From Lama glama (lineage: Eukaryota), in contig CM052817.1 in the NCBI GenBank assembly GCA_028534125.1, forward strand, positions 49,788,001-49,852,000: 64,000 nucleotides of DNA, in the 5' to 3' direction. The translations under genes were made by a program, and so were the position numbers. The notes under the pieces were generated by a model. The model did not search any database and had not been told where the DNA came from. It saw nothing but the letters and a program-made list of their open reading frames with translations. This document shows positions 14,224 to 27,450 of the stretch, piece by piece. Numbering within the stretch: position 1 is the stretch's first letter; every line of letters starts with the position of its first letter.

Positions 14224-16391
14224 ATCTAAAGCACTGTATAATCTGGCTCATATTTACCCCTCCAGCCATTTATTATATCATTCTCTTCCTCTTTCACAAT
14301 TCTCTGGCGACACCTTCACTTTCTCCACCTGCCAAGATTCTTTCCTGCCTCAGGGCTTTTACATACATTGTTCCAGTTTCATATAACACTCCCTAGATCA
14401 CCCCTTTGCATCTGTCAAGTCTCATCTGAATCATTTCTTTCTAATGTAAGCCTTTTCTAACTTCCATTACTAATTTGTATACCTCTGTCATAGGCTCCTC
14501 CATTTTCCTTCACAGCACTTACCACAATTGAAACTACAAAATTACTTCAGATTTTTATCATTTTCATTCTACTCTAAGTTTTCTAAAGGCAAGAACCAGT
14601 CTGCCTTGTTCATCCTTTTGTCCTTCTCCTTCCCAGTATTACCACATGATAGGTACTCCACTAATATTTATTATATAACTTTTAAAAAGGAATTACTTAA
14701 TAGAATTTAAGGACACTCCTCCAACTGTGTCATGTACTGGTTGCTTAACAAACTATGATTGCTTCACAATAAGCACAAGATTAAGGGATTTTGTGGCTCC
14801 CACACTGGGCTGGTATTCAATTAGCATATATCTATTACAGCTTTACAAGTTGTTAAAATATTGAAATGCTTTCCTACCTGTTGGTAAACAATCACTGCAC
14901 CAGGCCCACAAAGTTGCATCCCCAGCTCCTCCAAATTCTCCCATCCCTACCCTGTACTCCCAGCTCCTCCCCCTACAACTACAGAGTTAATGCTTAGCAC
15001 AGCAAGGACTTCCAAGACACCTTTCCAGCTCCATGGGTCCTTCCTGACTGGATGATGCTCATGAATTACAGTTTGTTTAATTCTTAAAACAACCACTTAT
15101 TATAGATCCTCTCATTGTCCCCATTCAAAAAAGACAGATAATTGCCCAGTGTCATACAGTCAGCATGGAGGGGAGTCAGTACTGAACTAAAGTCTCCTTT
15201 GTTCAAAGAATGAGAAGGAATGGTCAGCTCTTTTTATTCCATGTCTCTAAAAGGATGTTTTGGTTCCTTTAAGACTTACAAAGCAGATGTGATACTCAAA
15301 CACTGTGAAACTTCTGGCAGCAAGTAAGTTTGCATAAATTGATATTAGAGGGCATGAAAACCTTTCTGAGAGGTTTAGATTTACCTTATAGGAAATAAGA
15401 AGCTGATTTCTCATTAAAAGATTTCAAGCAGAGAAGGATATAATCTGGTATCTACATTTTTGGAAATGTAGCAGAGGTGGATGCATTGAAAAGTAAAAAG
15501 TGGAGGCAGGAAACCCAGTTTGAAGGTCATTATAATAGTATAGATGGCAAATGATGAAAGCATGAACAAAAGTGGTAGCCAAAGGGATGGGGAAGATGGG
15601 GCTAATTCAATGGATAGTTAGAAGCTAGAAGGTACAAAATCTAGAAACCAGTTAGATGTGGAAATGATGAGAAAGAAGGAGTTAAGAGGCCATTTCAGAC
15701 TTCTAGCTATTGGTGGAAGTGATGTCATTTACTAAAGGAGGAAATAAAAGTAGCAAATCTGGGATAAAATTTGGTGACATTGAGTTTCAGGTGGCTGTTG
15801 GACATGCAAAGAAAATCATTCTTCCATAAGCTGATCTTAAACTTCAATAGATGGACCTTTACTATCCAGTACCAACATATTTTCCTTTCTGTGTTCTCCC
15901 ACCACTTCCCTACACACAACTGTATTCGCTCTCCTGACTTTACTGCTCCACAAACATCTTACACTTTCATGCATTTGTGCCCACTATGCCTTCCACATGG
16001 AATGCCTTTTCGCTTCTTGACTGCCTGAAAAATTCCTCTTAGGTCTTCAAAATACAGCTTAAATGTTATTTTCACTGTGATAACTTCTGTGAATAAGATA
16101 GCATTAGTGACCCTCTCTCTTCTCCTCTCTACTTTGCACTTAATTTTATTTGAATGATTCCTATATTAATTTCTATCTGTACAGTATGTAAGGGCAGACC
16201 CCTCGTATTTTGCTCACTGTTGTACCTACAGTACTATGAATAATATCAGCAGAATAATACAGATACAGCTATGTGGACATACATACATAGTAAAATAAGT
16301 GAAAAGTTATCTTATAGCATTTATTACATCGTATCTCAATGACTTTGCTTATATTTCTGTTTTTTTCAAGTAAACTGAGAGACTTGAAAGT

Positions 16392-16451
16392 TTTTTAAAC
16401 TTTTTTTTATTGAGTTATAGTCATTTTACAATGTTGTGTCAAATTCCAGTG
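16392..16451 (-). mobile_element. Very short L1 3' tail insertion
   Basis: T tract + ATTGAGTTATAGTCATTTTACAATGTTGTGTCAAATTCCAGTG, flanked by the imperfect direct repeat GAAAGTTTTT / GAGAGCTTTT. Confidence 0.65.
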
Positions 16452-16744
16452 GAGAGCTTTTCAGTAACTTTAAAGTATCTTTTAAGAGTTTGATGAGAAA
16501 TGAAAGCATAAACTTCAACCTCCATAACAATAAATTGGAGGAAGATTATAAACACAGATTTCTAGGGCTTATGACTTAGAGATTCTTTCAGCAGGTCTGG
16601 GATGGGGCCTAGGAGTCTATATTTCAGCAGCCCTCTAAGGGATTAAGTATGGTTGTCTGAGGACTACTCTTTAAGAAATTAAGATAAAATGATATACAGT
16701 CCTTTTTGTTTTAATCTTACTCCCTTTTTTTTTTAAAACAACAG

Positions 16745-16783
16745 CAATAACTGACCAGGATGCAGTAAACATTCTCACTCAAG
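16745..16783 (+). CDS. TMPRSS11D: TMPRSS11D exon 6 (39-nt linker exon)
   Basis: T-rich tract, acAG acceptor and GTAAGC donor. (S)ITDQDAVNILTQ(E); phase 1/1 fits exons 5 and 7. Confidence 0.9.
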
Positions 16784-17996
16784 GTAAGCTTTTAAATTAC
16801 TTTGTAGATATGGTTTACGAAGATAAAAAGACAAAATGTTCAGATGATTTGTACTCTTTGCCAAGGCAGTGTCTATTACAGTGGTATCTTTATTCTTAGT
16901 TCACTCATGTGGGTTCTTGTTGAGATTAAGACTTTGTTGATTCTGTTGGCCTATGGAGTGATGTTTAGCTTTTCGCCTCCTTTTAGAAGAAGGAAGTAGA
17001 AGTGCTAGTCCACCCACACTGTATCAAGTTTGATCTCATTAAAGTTTTCTTGGCAGCTTTGGGAAATTTTTCCTGCCCTGGTTCTATGGTAGCATTTCAG
17101 TAGACTTGTAAGTTATGTTTAGTGGCACCATATATATGGTTTCTCCTAACCAGAATAGCTTGCTTTATTGTGGATTGGGTTAAGCATAAAGTATAATAAA
17201 AAATAACAAAAAAGCATTATCAGTTTTATATTTATTACATAAAGGAAAAGTCACTATTTTCCAGTGTCATTCTGCATACTCTCAGGCTGGGATAGCAGAA
17301 ATATAATCCTTAGAAAACAGCAGTTTACCTCTCTGGCCGATAAAATGTAGTTATAAATTAGTTCAATATATATTGATAGCTGGCCTATCTCAGATACTTA
17401 CGTGATTTTAGAAGTTAATGCTTCCTCTATGGGTGTTTCCCAACTTCATTATATATTGAATTAATGCTTCTTTTTAATTCAAATGTGCTTAAGTAATTTA
17501 ATTGAGAATTTGGTTGAAGGATTTAGCAAAGGAAACTATATTCTTATTGGAAGTACAAGTATATTCTTAATGAAGTCTAGCCCTCTATCTATGAGATCTG
17601 TTAGAAAAAATGCCTTTGGATGGTTGTCTTTCTGAAGCAATGTCACTACTTTAGAGCTAGTCCAGCAATAGAAACTGTTGGTGGTAATTTACCTCTAATT
17701 TCTTAGTAATGGACTAAACAAGAGGACATAAATCATGCAAATGGGAGCTGAGAGGAGTTGAGTGATCAGCCCGCTCCGGCCCATTTCAGCTCTAGCCGTT
17801 GGAGTGTCATGGGCTCTCTTAAGATGTTTAAATAAACCTCATCTAGATCCTTAGAACCAATGCCACCCTAGAGAATATTCTGTGGACCTAAAGAAACTCC
17901 TTTTCCAGGGCACATTTAGTGATACAGAATCAGTTATGGAGATGGACTGGACCCTCCATAATGAACTGCATTACCACTACAGAGTATTCTTGATGA

Positions 17997-19062
17997 CAGC
18001 ATTTTTCCTCCAACTTCATTGTGCACATGAATCACTTGTTAAAATGCAGGTTCTAACAAGTTCTGAGAATCTAATGTACAGCTTGGTGACTATAGTTAGT
18101 AATATGGTGTTGTATACATGAAAGTTGCTGAGAGCAGATCTCAAGCATTCTCACCACATACTCACACACACAGAAGAGTTAACTATATGAAGTGATAACT
18201 GTCAATTATCTTGATCTTGGTAATCATTCTACAATGTATATGTATGTCAAATCACCATATTGTATACTTTAAATATGTACAATTGTATTTGTCAATTATT
18301 CCATAAAAGTTGGAGAAAAAAGTACAACTTTTGATTTGTTCCCTGATGTGGGTCTGAGTCAACATTTCTTTTGTTTCTGTGGTATAACTGACAAATAAAA
18401 TTGTAAGATATTTAAAGTGTACAATGTCATGACTTGATACATGTATACATTAGGAAAAGATTCACCTCATCCAGCTAATTAGCATATCGGTCACCTCCCA
18501 TATTTATCACTGCCCTCCCTTTTTTTTGTGTGAGAACATTTAAGTTCTACTCTCTTGGCAAATTTCAATTATATGTTTCAATTATATAATACAGTGCTAT
18601 CAACCATAGTCAACATGTTATACATCAGATTCGCAGACCTTATTCATCTCATAGCTGAGAGTTTACACCATTTTACCAAACTCTCTACTTCCTCTGCTCC
18701 CTGGCAACTACTTTCTACTGTTTCTAGACATTCGACTCTTTTAAAAAAAATTCCACATATAAATGATACCATGCAGTATTTGTCTTTGTCTGGCTAATTC
18801 CCTTAGCATAATACCCTACAGGTTCATCCATGTTGTTGCAAGTGAGAGGAGTTCCTTCTATTTCAAGGCTGAATAACATTCCTGTGTGTATGTGTGTCTC
18901 TCTGTGTATGTACATATACCACATTTTCTTGATTCATTCATCTACTGACAGACAGGTTGCTTCCAGAAAGAACCAACATTTCTAACAAGCTCATAGGGGA
19001 TGCCCATGCTGCAGGGCCACAGACCACTCAAGGATACTTAGTATCCTACTTGAGTAGCAAGG
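17997..19062. mobile_element. MER5A-like element split by two L1MA-like 3' ends (about 18058-18322 on +, about 18365-18965 on -)
   Basis: MER5 pieces GAATCACTTGTTAAAATGCAGGTTCT, GGGTCTGAG and CATTTCTAACAAGCTC...TTGAGTAGCAAGG flank L1 3' UTR blocks. Confidence 0.65.
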
Positions 19063-19409
19063 ATACTAAGAGATGGAAATTTCCCAGAGTACCTATGGCC
19101 TGAGCTGGTACCTCCAGCACTGAACTATCTTAACCCCTACTCCTGAGGAATTTCAGAGAATTCTGAAGCTACTCCAGAATTTGAAACCTCCATGCCAATT
19201 AAGTTCAGAAATGTTCTCTAAAGTGTAAGTCCACAGGCAACAGTCACATAAGTACTCTAAAAATATAACACATTGATCATGCATTTGGAAAGCCTAGCAT
19301 GTCATGGGAAAAAATACGTAAAAGGCATAAATGATGGAGAAACTCTTACAACATCTCCCAAATATAAGAATCACATCTTCCCAGCACATTAATTCCCTTT
19401 TCCCATTAG

Positions 19410-19587
19410 AATGTGGGGCCCGTCCAGACCTAATAACATTGTCTGAGGAGAGAATCATAGGAGGCACTCAGGCTGAGGAAGGAGACTGGCCATGGCAAGT
19501 CAGTCTACAGTGGAATAATCTTCACCACTGCGGAGGTGTCTTGATCAGTAGCACGTGGATACTGACAGCAGCTCACTGCTTCAGAAG
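19410..19587 (+). CDS. TMPRSS11D: TMPRSS11D exon 7 (activation site SEER|IIGG, catalytic His)
   Basis: cccattAG acceptor and GTAAGG donor. 178 nt, [58 protein letters not shown]. Confidence 0.97.
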
Positions 19588-21319
19588 GTAAGGCCACAGT
19601 TAACCTACCCATCTGGGAACAACCAGGTGAGACACATACATGAGGACTCTACCCACACCCCAGAACTGAGAATGTTCAAATTGATTCAGAAATAATATAA
19701 TACAAGAAAAATAATAAATCTTACCTCCCTATTCACGATAGAAATTTTTTTCTCCTTCAGCTTGCTAATTTGTATTCCTATTCCGGTTTTAGGTAATGGT
19801 ATATCATCACGGTAAAGAACAAAGATTTGTATGTCAGAATGTTTAATCCAAAGCCTAGCTTAGGAAATCTATTGAATCTCTATAACCCTTTTTTGCTCTT
19901 CAAATTAGGGGCAAATTAGGGACATATTATTATCTATGTCTTACTGCTACTGATACAATTAAATACATTAATATAAACATGTTAAATATAAGCCAACTAT
20001 ATTGTTGCAGAAAATTTGCTCATTTTGTCATGTAAACTAATCAGCAGGCTGATGGCTGATCTCAGATTGCCCTATGGCATCAATTTATTCTTTCAATTTC
20101 TAAAAAAATTGAGTATCTACTATGAGCAAGATCTGAACAATCAAGTCAATCAAAACTTATTCCTCAAAGCTTGAACCCTGAGCTCTGCTCAGATTGCGTT
20201 ATTTTCTTCTCCTGGACTCTGCTTACATTTCTGCACTGAAGAGCATTTGCTCAATCTGCTCCTTCTCTCTAAAATATCTCTACCAAATCTTTTATGGGAA
20301 TTCTGTAAAATCTTTACTATTTCTAAGAAGTCCTTTGCAGAACTGAAAGTACTGCCTCATAATAGCATGCCTGGTACAAAATTGTTAAATTAAAAGGAAG
20401 CAAAGGTTGACTAGTGCACAATTTCTGAACAAAAGTTTTAGGAAACCCCAAATTATTCTGAATTTTTCTTATGGTTATCTTATAACTTCATATTTTTTAC
20501 ACAATGAATAAACCTGAAACTTCTGATATTGGAAACTTCTGCTATCAGAGCTATCAAATTCTGATTTAGATGGTCATACTTATTGCTGTGTCCCAGATAA
20601 CACAAGAAATGAAACTAATAAGAACATATCAATCTTCATTGCCACCTGAAAGGCCAAAGAACAGGAATGGCACCAATTGATTTCAATCACCGCTGAATGT
20701 GGAAACCACAAATTCAAATACCTGGTCTTAGCAGGAGCTTAGCATAATCAAGGATGTAATAGAAACAACTTTTGAAACCCTATTCAGATCCAACCACCAA
20801 AGTTATAATGAAACATGCAGCTATAAATATCCTCAATGGTAACCAAAGGAATCCATAATTTTAAAGACTTAGAATATCTTTAAATTTTGCTTCCTCCAAT
20901 TCTTCTGTTCATTACCATGACTGATCCATGACAGCTGACAAACTACATGACTCCTGTATTGGCACCCTCCCTACAGACCTGATCGTCAGAGAACCCACTA
21001 ATGCGACTGTCTGGGGCATGGCCAGACTTATGTCAAGGTACACAGAAGTGACAAGGCCCTCAGAGAGGATTCTTGAATTGTCACTTCCTCTATGAAGTAT
21101 TCCCTGATGTTCTCTTCCCTCCGCTATGTTATTCCTACAGAAATTTGCTTTTCTATCTTTAACAGTAGTCCCTGGGATTTTTTGCCCCTCTGCCAGTCTT
21201 CTCCACTAGTGTGTAGAACTGCTCAAGGGCAGAGACCATATTTATATTTTTACTCCCAGACACTCATACTATTCCTTATACAAAGCACTTAGTTGAACTT
21301 GTTGAACTATAATTAATGA

Positions 21320-21520
21320 CAACAATAGTTACCTTCATTGAGTACTTACCCCTGTGCCAAAAACTGTGCTTGGCATACCTTACTTGTCTCAATTAATACT
21401 TACCCTCATGTGAGAGGGTATCAATCAGTCACATTTCATGCATAAATAAACTGAGAATCAGAGATATTAAGTAACTTGCCCTAAATAACACTGCCAATAT
21501 CAACTAGTTTCAAAACTAAG
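21320..21520 (-). mobile_element. MIR SINE
   Basis: ATTGAGTACTTAC...AAACTGAGAATCAGAGATATTAAGTAACTTGCCC core. Confidence 0.6.
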
Positions 21521-21639
21521 CTCTTACTCATTTGTTGAAAGAAAGGAAAGGAAGGGAGGGAGGCAGGCAGGGAAGGTAGAGGAGTGTCTTTTAGAATCTT
21601 CACCTGCACTTCTGAGCAAAAGAAGCATAAAAAGAAGTT

Positions 21640-22980
21640 TAATGTAAAAAAACTCATCTATTTGCTTGTTGTCAAATATTTTTTCTTTAGAATCTTTAAC
21701 TAGTATTCACTCTTTTGCAAGCTACTGTACCTCATAAAATTGTCTCCTGAATACAGTCTATACATTAGTCTGTGAAAGACCTTTCTCATTTTATTTTCTC
21801 CTGCCATACTGTTATTCCACTTCCACTGCCTTCCCTGCCCCTAAAAGCCTCACATTAATATTTGACATATGTCTTTAAACATTCAATTACCTGTAAACCT
21901 ATAGTTTGTGTGTCTGTATGCCTTTAATTTATATAAGTAGCACAGTGTATAAATCTCATATTGTTCCTTATTGTTTTTGCTCAACTCTAGGAATTTTGAT
22001 ATGGTCCACCACTGCATCCACCATATCCTCTCACCAACTAGGTTGCTCCAACTTCCCACTGCCACAAAGAGCAGCACACATACAATGTCTCTCACATACA
22101 CACTCCTTCATATGTGCCTGTCTATAAACTTCTAAGAATTCTCTGATATACGTACCCAGAAATACACATGTAGTCTGCTAAATACACTAGAATGCTTTCC
22201 AGAAGCTTACAACTTCACATGTAATGCAAAAGAATTTGAACTTCTCTTCCCTACCAACAATATTATCTTCTTTTAAAATTTCTGTCATTCTTATGAATAT
22301 GTTAGATGCTCATTATTGTTATAATTTCCATTTCTCCACTTACTAGTGAGTTTGAGTATCTTTTCATGTACTACTAGCTATTTGGGCTTCTCCTTCCATG
22401 AAATGCCTATTAATATTTTTTCCCATTTTATAATGGTTTTTCTCTCCATTTATTGCCAGTTTACAGACTTCTGTATATTCTACAAAAATTTTAGATATTA
22501 AACATTGCAAGTATTTTCTCATGGTTTCTCATTCATCTGGTAAATGTGTCTGTGAAACACTTAATTTTGTTTTTGTTTTTTATGTATTTTAATTTATTTT
22601 CTTTTTTATGTTACATACTTTTTCACTGAAGTATAGTTGATGTACAATATTATATAAGTCACAGGTGTACAGTATAGTAATTCACAATTTTTAAAGGTTA
22701 TATTCCATTTCTAGTTATTATAAAATATTGGCTTTATTCCCTGTTATATTTATCTGTGTAGCTTATTTATTTTATACATAATACTTAATAGTTTGTTGCT
22801 CCTAACCTCCTGTCCCTCAGTTCCCCTTCCCTCCTTCCCTCTCTCTACTGATAACCCCTAGTTTGTTCTCTATATATGGTACACTTCATCTTGATTTCAT
22901 GAAATTCACCCATTCTTAACCATATGATTGGTGTTTTGGGAGTTTGGCTAAAAAAAATCTCAATTCCTAAGTCACGAAGA
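21640..22980 (-). mobile_element. Old L1 fragment containing a younger L1 3' end (about 22570-22880)
   Basis: CTGAAGTATAGTTGATGTACAATATTATATAAGTCACAGGTGTACAG is an antisense L1 tail embedded in older L1 sequence. Confidence 0.6.
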
Positions 22981-23035
22981 TAATGCCCCACATTTTTTTT
23001 TATATATACTGGTGCACTCACTCTATCTGTGTATT

Positions 23036-23038
<3 letters not shown>

Positions 23039-23074
<36 letters not shown>

Positions 23075-23078
23075 ACAC
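23039..23078. repeat. (AC)n microsatellite
   Basis: About 15 perfect AC units plus an interrupted tail. Confidence 0.95.
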
Positions 23079-23601
23079 CAAAATCTTCAACAAGCATCAC
23101 ATCTAGTACAGAAAAAACATTCATCCATTAAAAAGGGACTAGGAGCTTCTTATCATCACTACCATTTAAATGGAGCTTCTGGCTAAAGGAAAGGAAAAAA
23201 TTAAGTTAGAAGGAATAAGTTAAAACTAAAGAGAACATTCTTTCAGACTTTTCATTAGTTCCTTGAACAGAAGGAGGCAAAAAAGAGAGAACTCAAAGAA
23301 AAAGTTCGTGTTATACAAGTTATCATCAAACTATCAGCATATCCTCATTGGAACAGAAAAATACCAGGATGTTCATCATCCCAAGATACGTTTTATGAAA
23401 TATTTCTGTCTCTTTAGACAAATTATCACTTCATTTGCCAGTAAAGAGTAGCAGAAATAGAACACAAAGAAATGTTGATCAAATAGTTCCTAGATGGTTG
23501 GGGGGAGGGGACGGGAGGGGGGCAGTGACAAACACAAAATTCAAATACTTGAAATTTGCACAAGTTCTTTATTCAAATAGCATGTTTTCCTATTTTTTTA
23601 G

Positions 23602-23861
23602 CTACTCTGATCCTCGACGGTGGACTGCCACCTTTGGTATCTCCACAACATCTCCTAAACAGAGAATAGGAGTAAGAACTATTTTAACCCATAACAATTA
23701 TGAACCTGACACTCATGAAAATGATATTGCACTTGTACAACTTGATAGAGAAGTCACCTTTGACAAAAATATCCATACAGTGTGTCTCCCAGTGGCTAAC
23801 CAGAATATTCCACCTGGTTCTACTGCTTATGTAACAGGATGGGGATCTCGAAATTATAGTG
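23602..23861 (+). CDS. TMPRSS11D: TMPRSS11D exon 8 (catalytic Asp)
   Basis: tttttAG acceptor and GTAAGT donor. 260 nt, YSDPRRWTATFGIST...HENDIALVQL...VCLP...AYVTGWGSRNYS. Confidence 0.97.
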
Positions 23862-24533
23862 GTAAGTATCACAGGAAACATTAAACAAAAAAATAGCAAT
23901 ATCTCCTCGTACTTGCTATTATGTATTTGTTTTAATTAAGGAACACCTAAAGGGCAGGTTCTATGGAAAGAACCATCTTATAGTCTGGTCATCCTGTGCT
24001 CTAACTAGAGCTCCCTCAACAAAGCAAAGCAATGTCCCTAGAAACTACAGGAATTCTCAAATATAGTAATAGGGAAATGTAGAAAAAAGTTTTAAAGAAA
24101 CATGAGTTCTCCAATGATCCAGAGACTCTATAGGACCCAAATGGCTCCCCTATAAAGAAAAATTTAAGTTTTTAAAAGGGGATTTGGATAGGTATTCTCT
24201 AAGGGTTTTAACATCCTTTAAGGTATTAACAGCCATTTAAGGTATTCTGAGACGAAATAAATCCTGCCTTTAGAGCAAGAAACTCTGTATGTACATAACT
24301 ATTGTTCACAATTATTTATTAAGTGAGTAAAATAAAAATAAAAGTGAGAGTGATATGAAAGAGCAAATATGGCCAAGGGGAGAATAAGAGTATCAGCTAA
24401 GGAGTAGAAGGATAGTATTAAGAATTTTCACAGGCTTCTATCTATGTTGTAGATTGTCTCCCCAAGGAAAAAAACAAAGGCTTAAATGTCCTAGAAAATA
24501 TTTCATCATGTATTTATGGCCCAAAGTAATTAG

Positions 24534-24584
24534 GTGTAGTAGATAAAATATGTGTAGTAGATAAAATATGTAGTAGATAAAATA
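24534..24584. repeat. Tandem repeat, 3 copies of (TG)TGTAGTAGATAAAATA
   Basis: Read directly from the sequence. Confidence 0.9.
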
Positions 24585-25024
24585 AAATCACAAAAATGGC
24601 AATGCCATTTTGAAGGAACATCAGTATAAAGTAAATTCAATTCTTTAGCCTTGAAATCAGACTGGTTTCTCTTTTATTAGTAGATTAAAGATCACTTAAT
24701 ATATAATTTTCTAATTTAAAATCAGTGGATATTTCAATTCCTACTAGTCAACTTTAAGAAAGCGTATTTTCCCCTCTTTTAAGGTCTATGGGACACTGCA
24801 TCATAAAGCTAAAGCAAAACAAAACACACCAATCTGTGCAAAGGGGTTATCCTTCTCTACTATGGAAATCTATGTTGAGAAGAAACTCCTAGTACATCTT
24901 CAATAGCCTTCTTTGCTGGAAAGAGAGAATGTTTGGAGTACAATTCTTCCTCCCCACATTCACTATACAGTCATTAATTTGTATATCCTAAAGTCCATTT
25001 TCTTTTTGGTTTTATACTTAACAG

Positions 25025-25167
25025 GCCCTACAGTTGCACATCTAGAGCAAGCACGGGTCAATATAATAAGTAATGATGTATGTAATGCACCAACTAGTTA
25101 TAATGGAGCCGTCTTGTCTGGAATGCTATGTGCTGGAGTATCTCAAGGTGGAGTGGATGCGTGCCAG
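25025..25167 (+). CDS. TMPRSS11D: TMPRSS11D exon 9 (S1-pocket Asp, DACQ)
   Basis: aacAG acceptor and GTAAGT donor. 143 nt, PTVAHLEQARVNIISNDVCNAPTSYNGAVLSGMLCAGVSQGGVDACQ. Confidence 0.97.
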
Positions 25168-25349
25168 GTAAGTTCAAGACAATGTTATAAATGTCATCAT
25201 CCAAGTTTATAAGCACTTACTAGCATGTGCTACTCTGATAGGCATAGGAGTAACATAATTATAATATACAGCCCTCAGCCTCTAAAAATGTATGATCTAG
25301 ATTTTAGATATAATATTATTGAAGTTGATCCACCATGAAACACTGATTC

Positions 25350-25540
25350 TGAGAAGCCAAGTATTAGAGTGGTTAACCATCCAAGCTCAAGAACCAGGCA
25401 GACCTGGGTTTGAAATCCATAACCTCTATAACCAATTCTTCTACCTGTAAAATGAGGATAATAATAGTATCTAACTTTTTAGGCACTACTAAAGATTAGA
25501 TGGAGATTAAATATGTCAGGCACATACTAAGCAAGAAAAG
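25350..25540 (+). mobile_element. MIR SINE
   Basis: CAGACCTGGGTTTGAA...CCTGTAAAATGAGGATAATAATAGTATC. Confidence 0.65.
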
Positions 25541-27239
25541 AATCTCAGCTATCTCAGCTATTTTGACGTTAACCTATATCATGATCACTGACATTAATAA
25601 TTTTAATCTCAACCATCTGACCACTATGAAGTCTTAAGTAAATCACTCACCTAAGAGTCATATAATTGGTTTTAAAATATAACACCTGAATATCAGCATC
25701 TTTAAGATAGAAAGTATATACAAAGAGCTTAGTTGCTTGAGTCGCAACAGCTTCCACAATTGTAAAACAGCATTAATGAAGGGGGAAAAAAAATTTAGAT
25801 CTACTTTGTAATTTTCAACCAAATCTAAAAATACTAAAAATAAACACAAAATTCTTATTCTAAAGTAATTAGAATAAGATTTTAATACTAAATTTTTAAA
25901 TTAAATTATCTAAATAATTGATGTGGTTATGTCTTTTAAACAAAACTTATTACTGTGTCTGAAACCCAATCCATATAATAATAGAAATAAATAATTCATA
26001 TCTAAAATTACATTTTTGGAATTAAGAAAAATCAATCTGTTTTCCTAAGGAATCTGCTACTGCTTTCCTGAGTGAATTGTGAGCAGAAAAATTAGGTTTA
26101 TTGTTTCCTCAAACATTACTGACTTTTATACTTAGTGCTCACATTCTTGAAAAAGTGGATAAGTAGATCTTACATAGTTTTGGCAAAGACTCCAATTCAT
26201 GAGCACTTTCCCCGAAATGAAACATTTTTATTGACTGCAAGTTGTGTGGGAGTGGAGGGGAATCGTTTATCAATTTTCAAGATAGTGTTAATTACCCACT
26301 GGTTTTTATTCCCTTTACGTGGAGACATCATTATGGTAGGGAATGCTTCTTGCTCCCCTTCCTGTTTCTCTTCTATTGCTAGCCCTGTAATTTTCAACTT
26401 CTTCAACAAATTCTCAATTTCACAGTAGTTTTTCGAAGAAGTCACCAAATAAGCAACACACCTCTACACTGATCATTTCAGATCTACTAAGAGCATTAAT
26501 TAGAACTGACTTAAGGATATACATGAGATATAAATGAGTGATTATTCATACTTTACTCATGATGCCCCTTACCTCTCCATATACAAATTCTGCTCTACCT
26601 CCAAGCCCAGTTCACGCCATAACTCATCATGAAAATTTCCCTTTGTGTTCCACTCTGAGCCTCACTGATTTTCAGCTGAAATACTATAATGCATAGAGTT
26701 TGTGCCTCAAAAAAAGTCACTTCACACAAGAGCTTATGAGATCCTGTTTGTTTTTGTTCATTTATTCATTCATTTTTTTAATTGCATTAATTACTTCAGA
26801 TGTCCTAGACTCAGTGCTTATACAACAATGTATCACCTGAACTGACCAAGGCTGTGATCCAGAACAGAGAATACAGGCTCAAATATTTGCCCAAGCAGGC
26901 AGCGAAGCTGGCCAGATACAGGAAAAATTAGACGTACCTCTTAGTTTAGTATTTGCTTGCCCACTCTTGGTAATACATTATGCAGAGAAATTTCTTACTA
27001 TAGAAGAAATAGCAGAAAAGCACAATGACGGGCAAGTGCTGAGGACTGGTTAACTGGAGCACATATGCATAATCTAAGCGAGGCAGGTGCCAATGAGCTC
27101 CATGCAGCACTTACCATGCGAGCTGGTGATTCACACACTAATCCTTCTTCTCATCTAAACCAGTAATTAAGTAGGTATGGAAGAACTAGCTACTAAAAGC
27201 AGTCAAATGAATAGCAAACTATCCTAGAAGCACACTTGG

Positions 27240-27450
27240 TAATAACAGCTGACTTATTAGTACCAACTATGTACCAGGCTGTACTCAGAATGCTATGCAT
27301 GTTAAAGTTATTTAGGCATATAAAAATGTTACTTACAGATAAGGAAACTGAGGCACAGAGAGCTATTAAGTAGTTACTGAAAAGTCATATAGTTAGTAAG
27401 TAAAGGATTCAAACCTAGGCTACCTAACTCCAGAACTCACAGACTTCACC
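27240..27450 (-). mobile_element. MIR SINE
   Basis: ACAGATAAGGAAACTGAGGCACAGAG core. Confidence 0.7.

Noticed and set aside
23435..23601. In-frame 5' extension of exon 8 (similarly the ORF from 24913 for exon 9)
   Set aside because: These start at non-ATG codons in intronic sequence and would lack the catalytic His; chance read-through.
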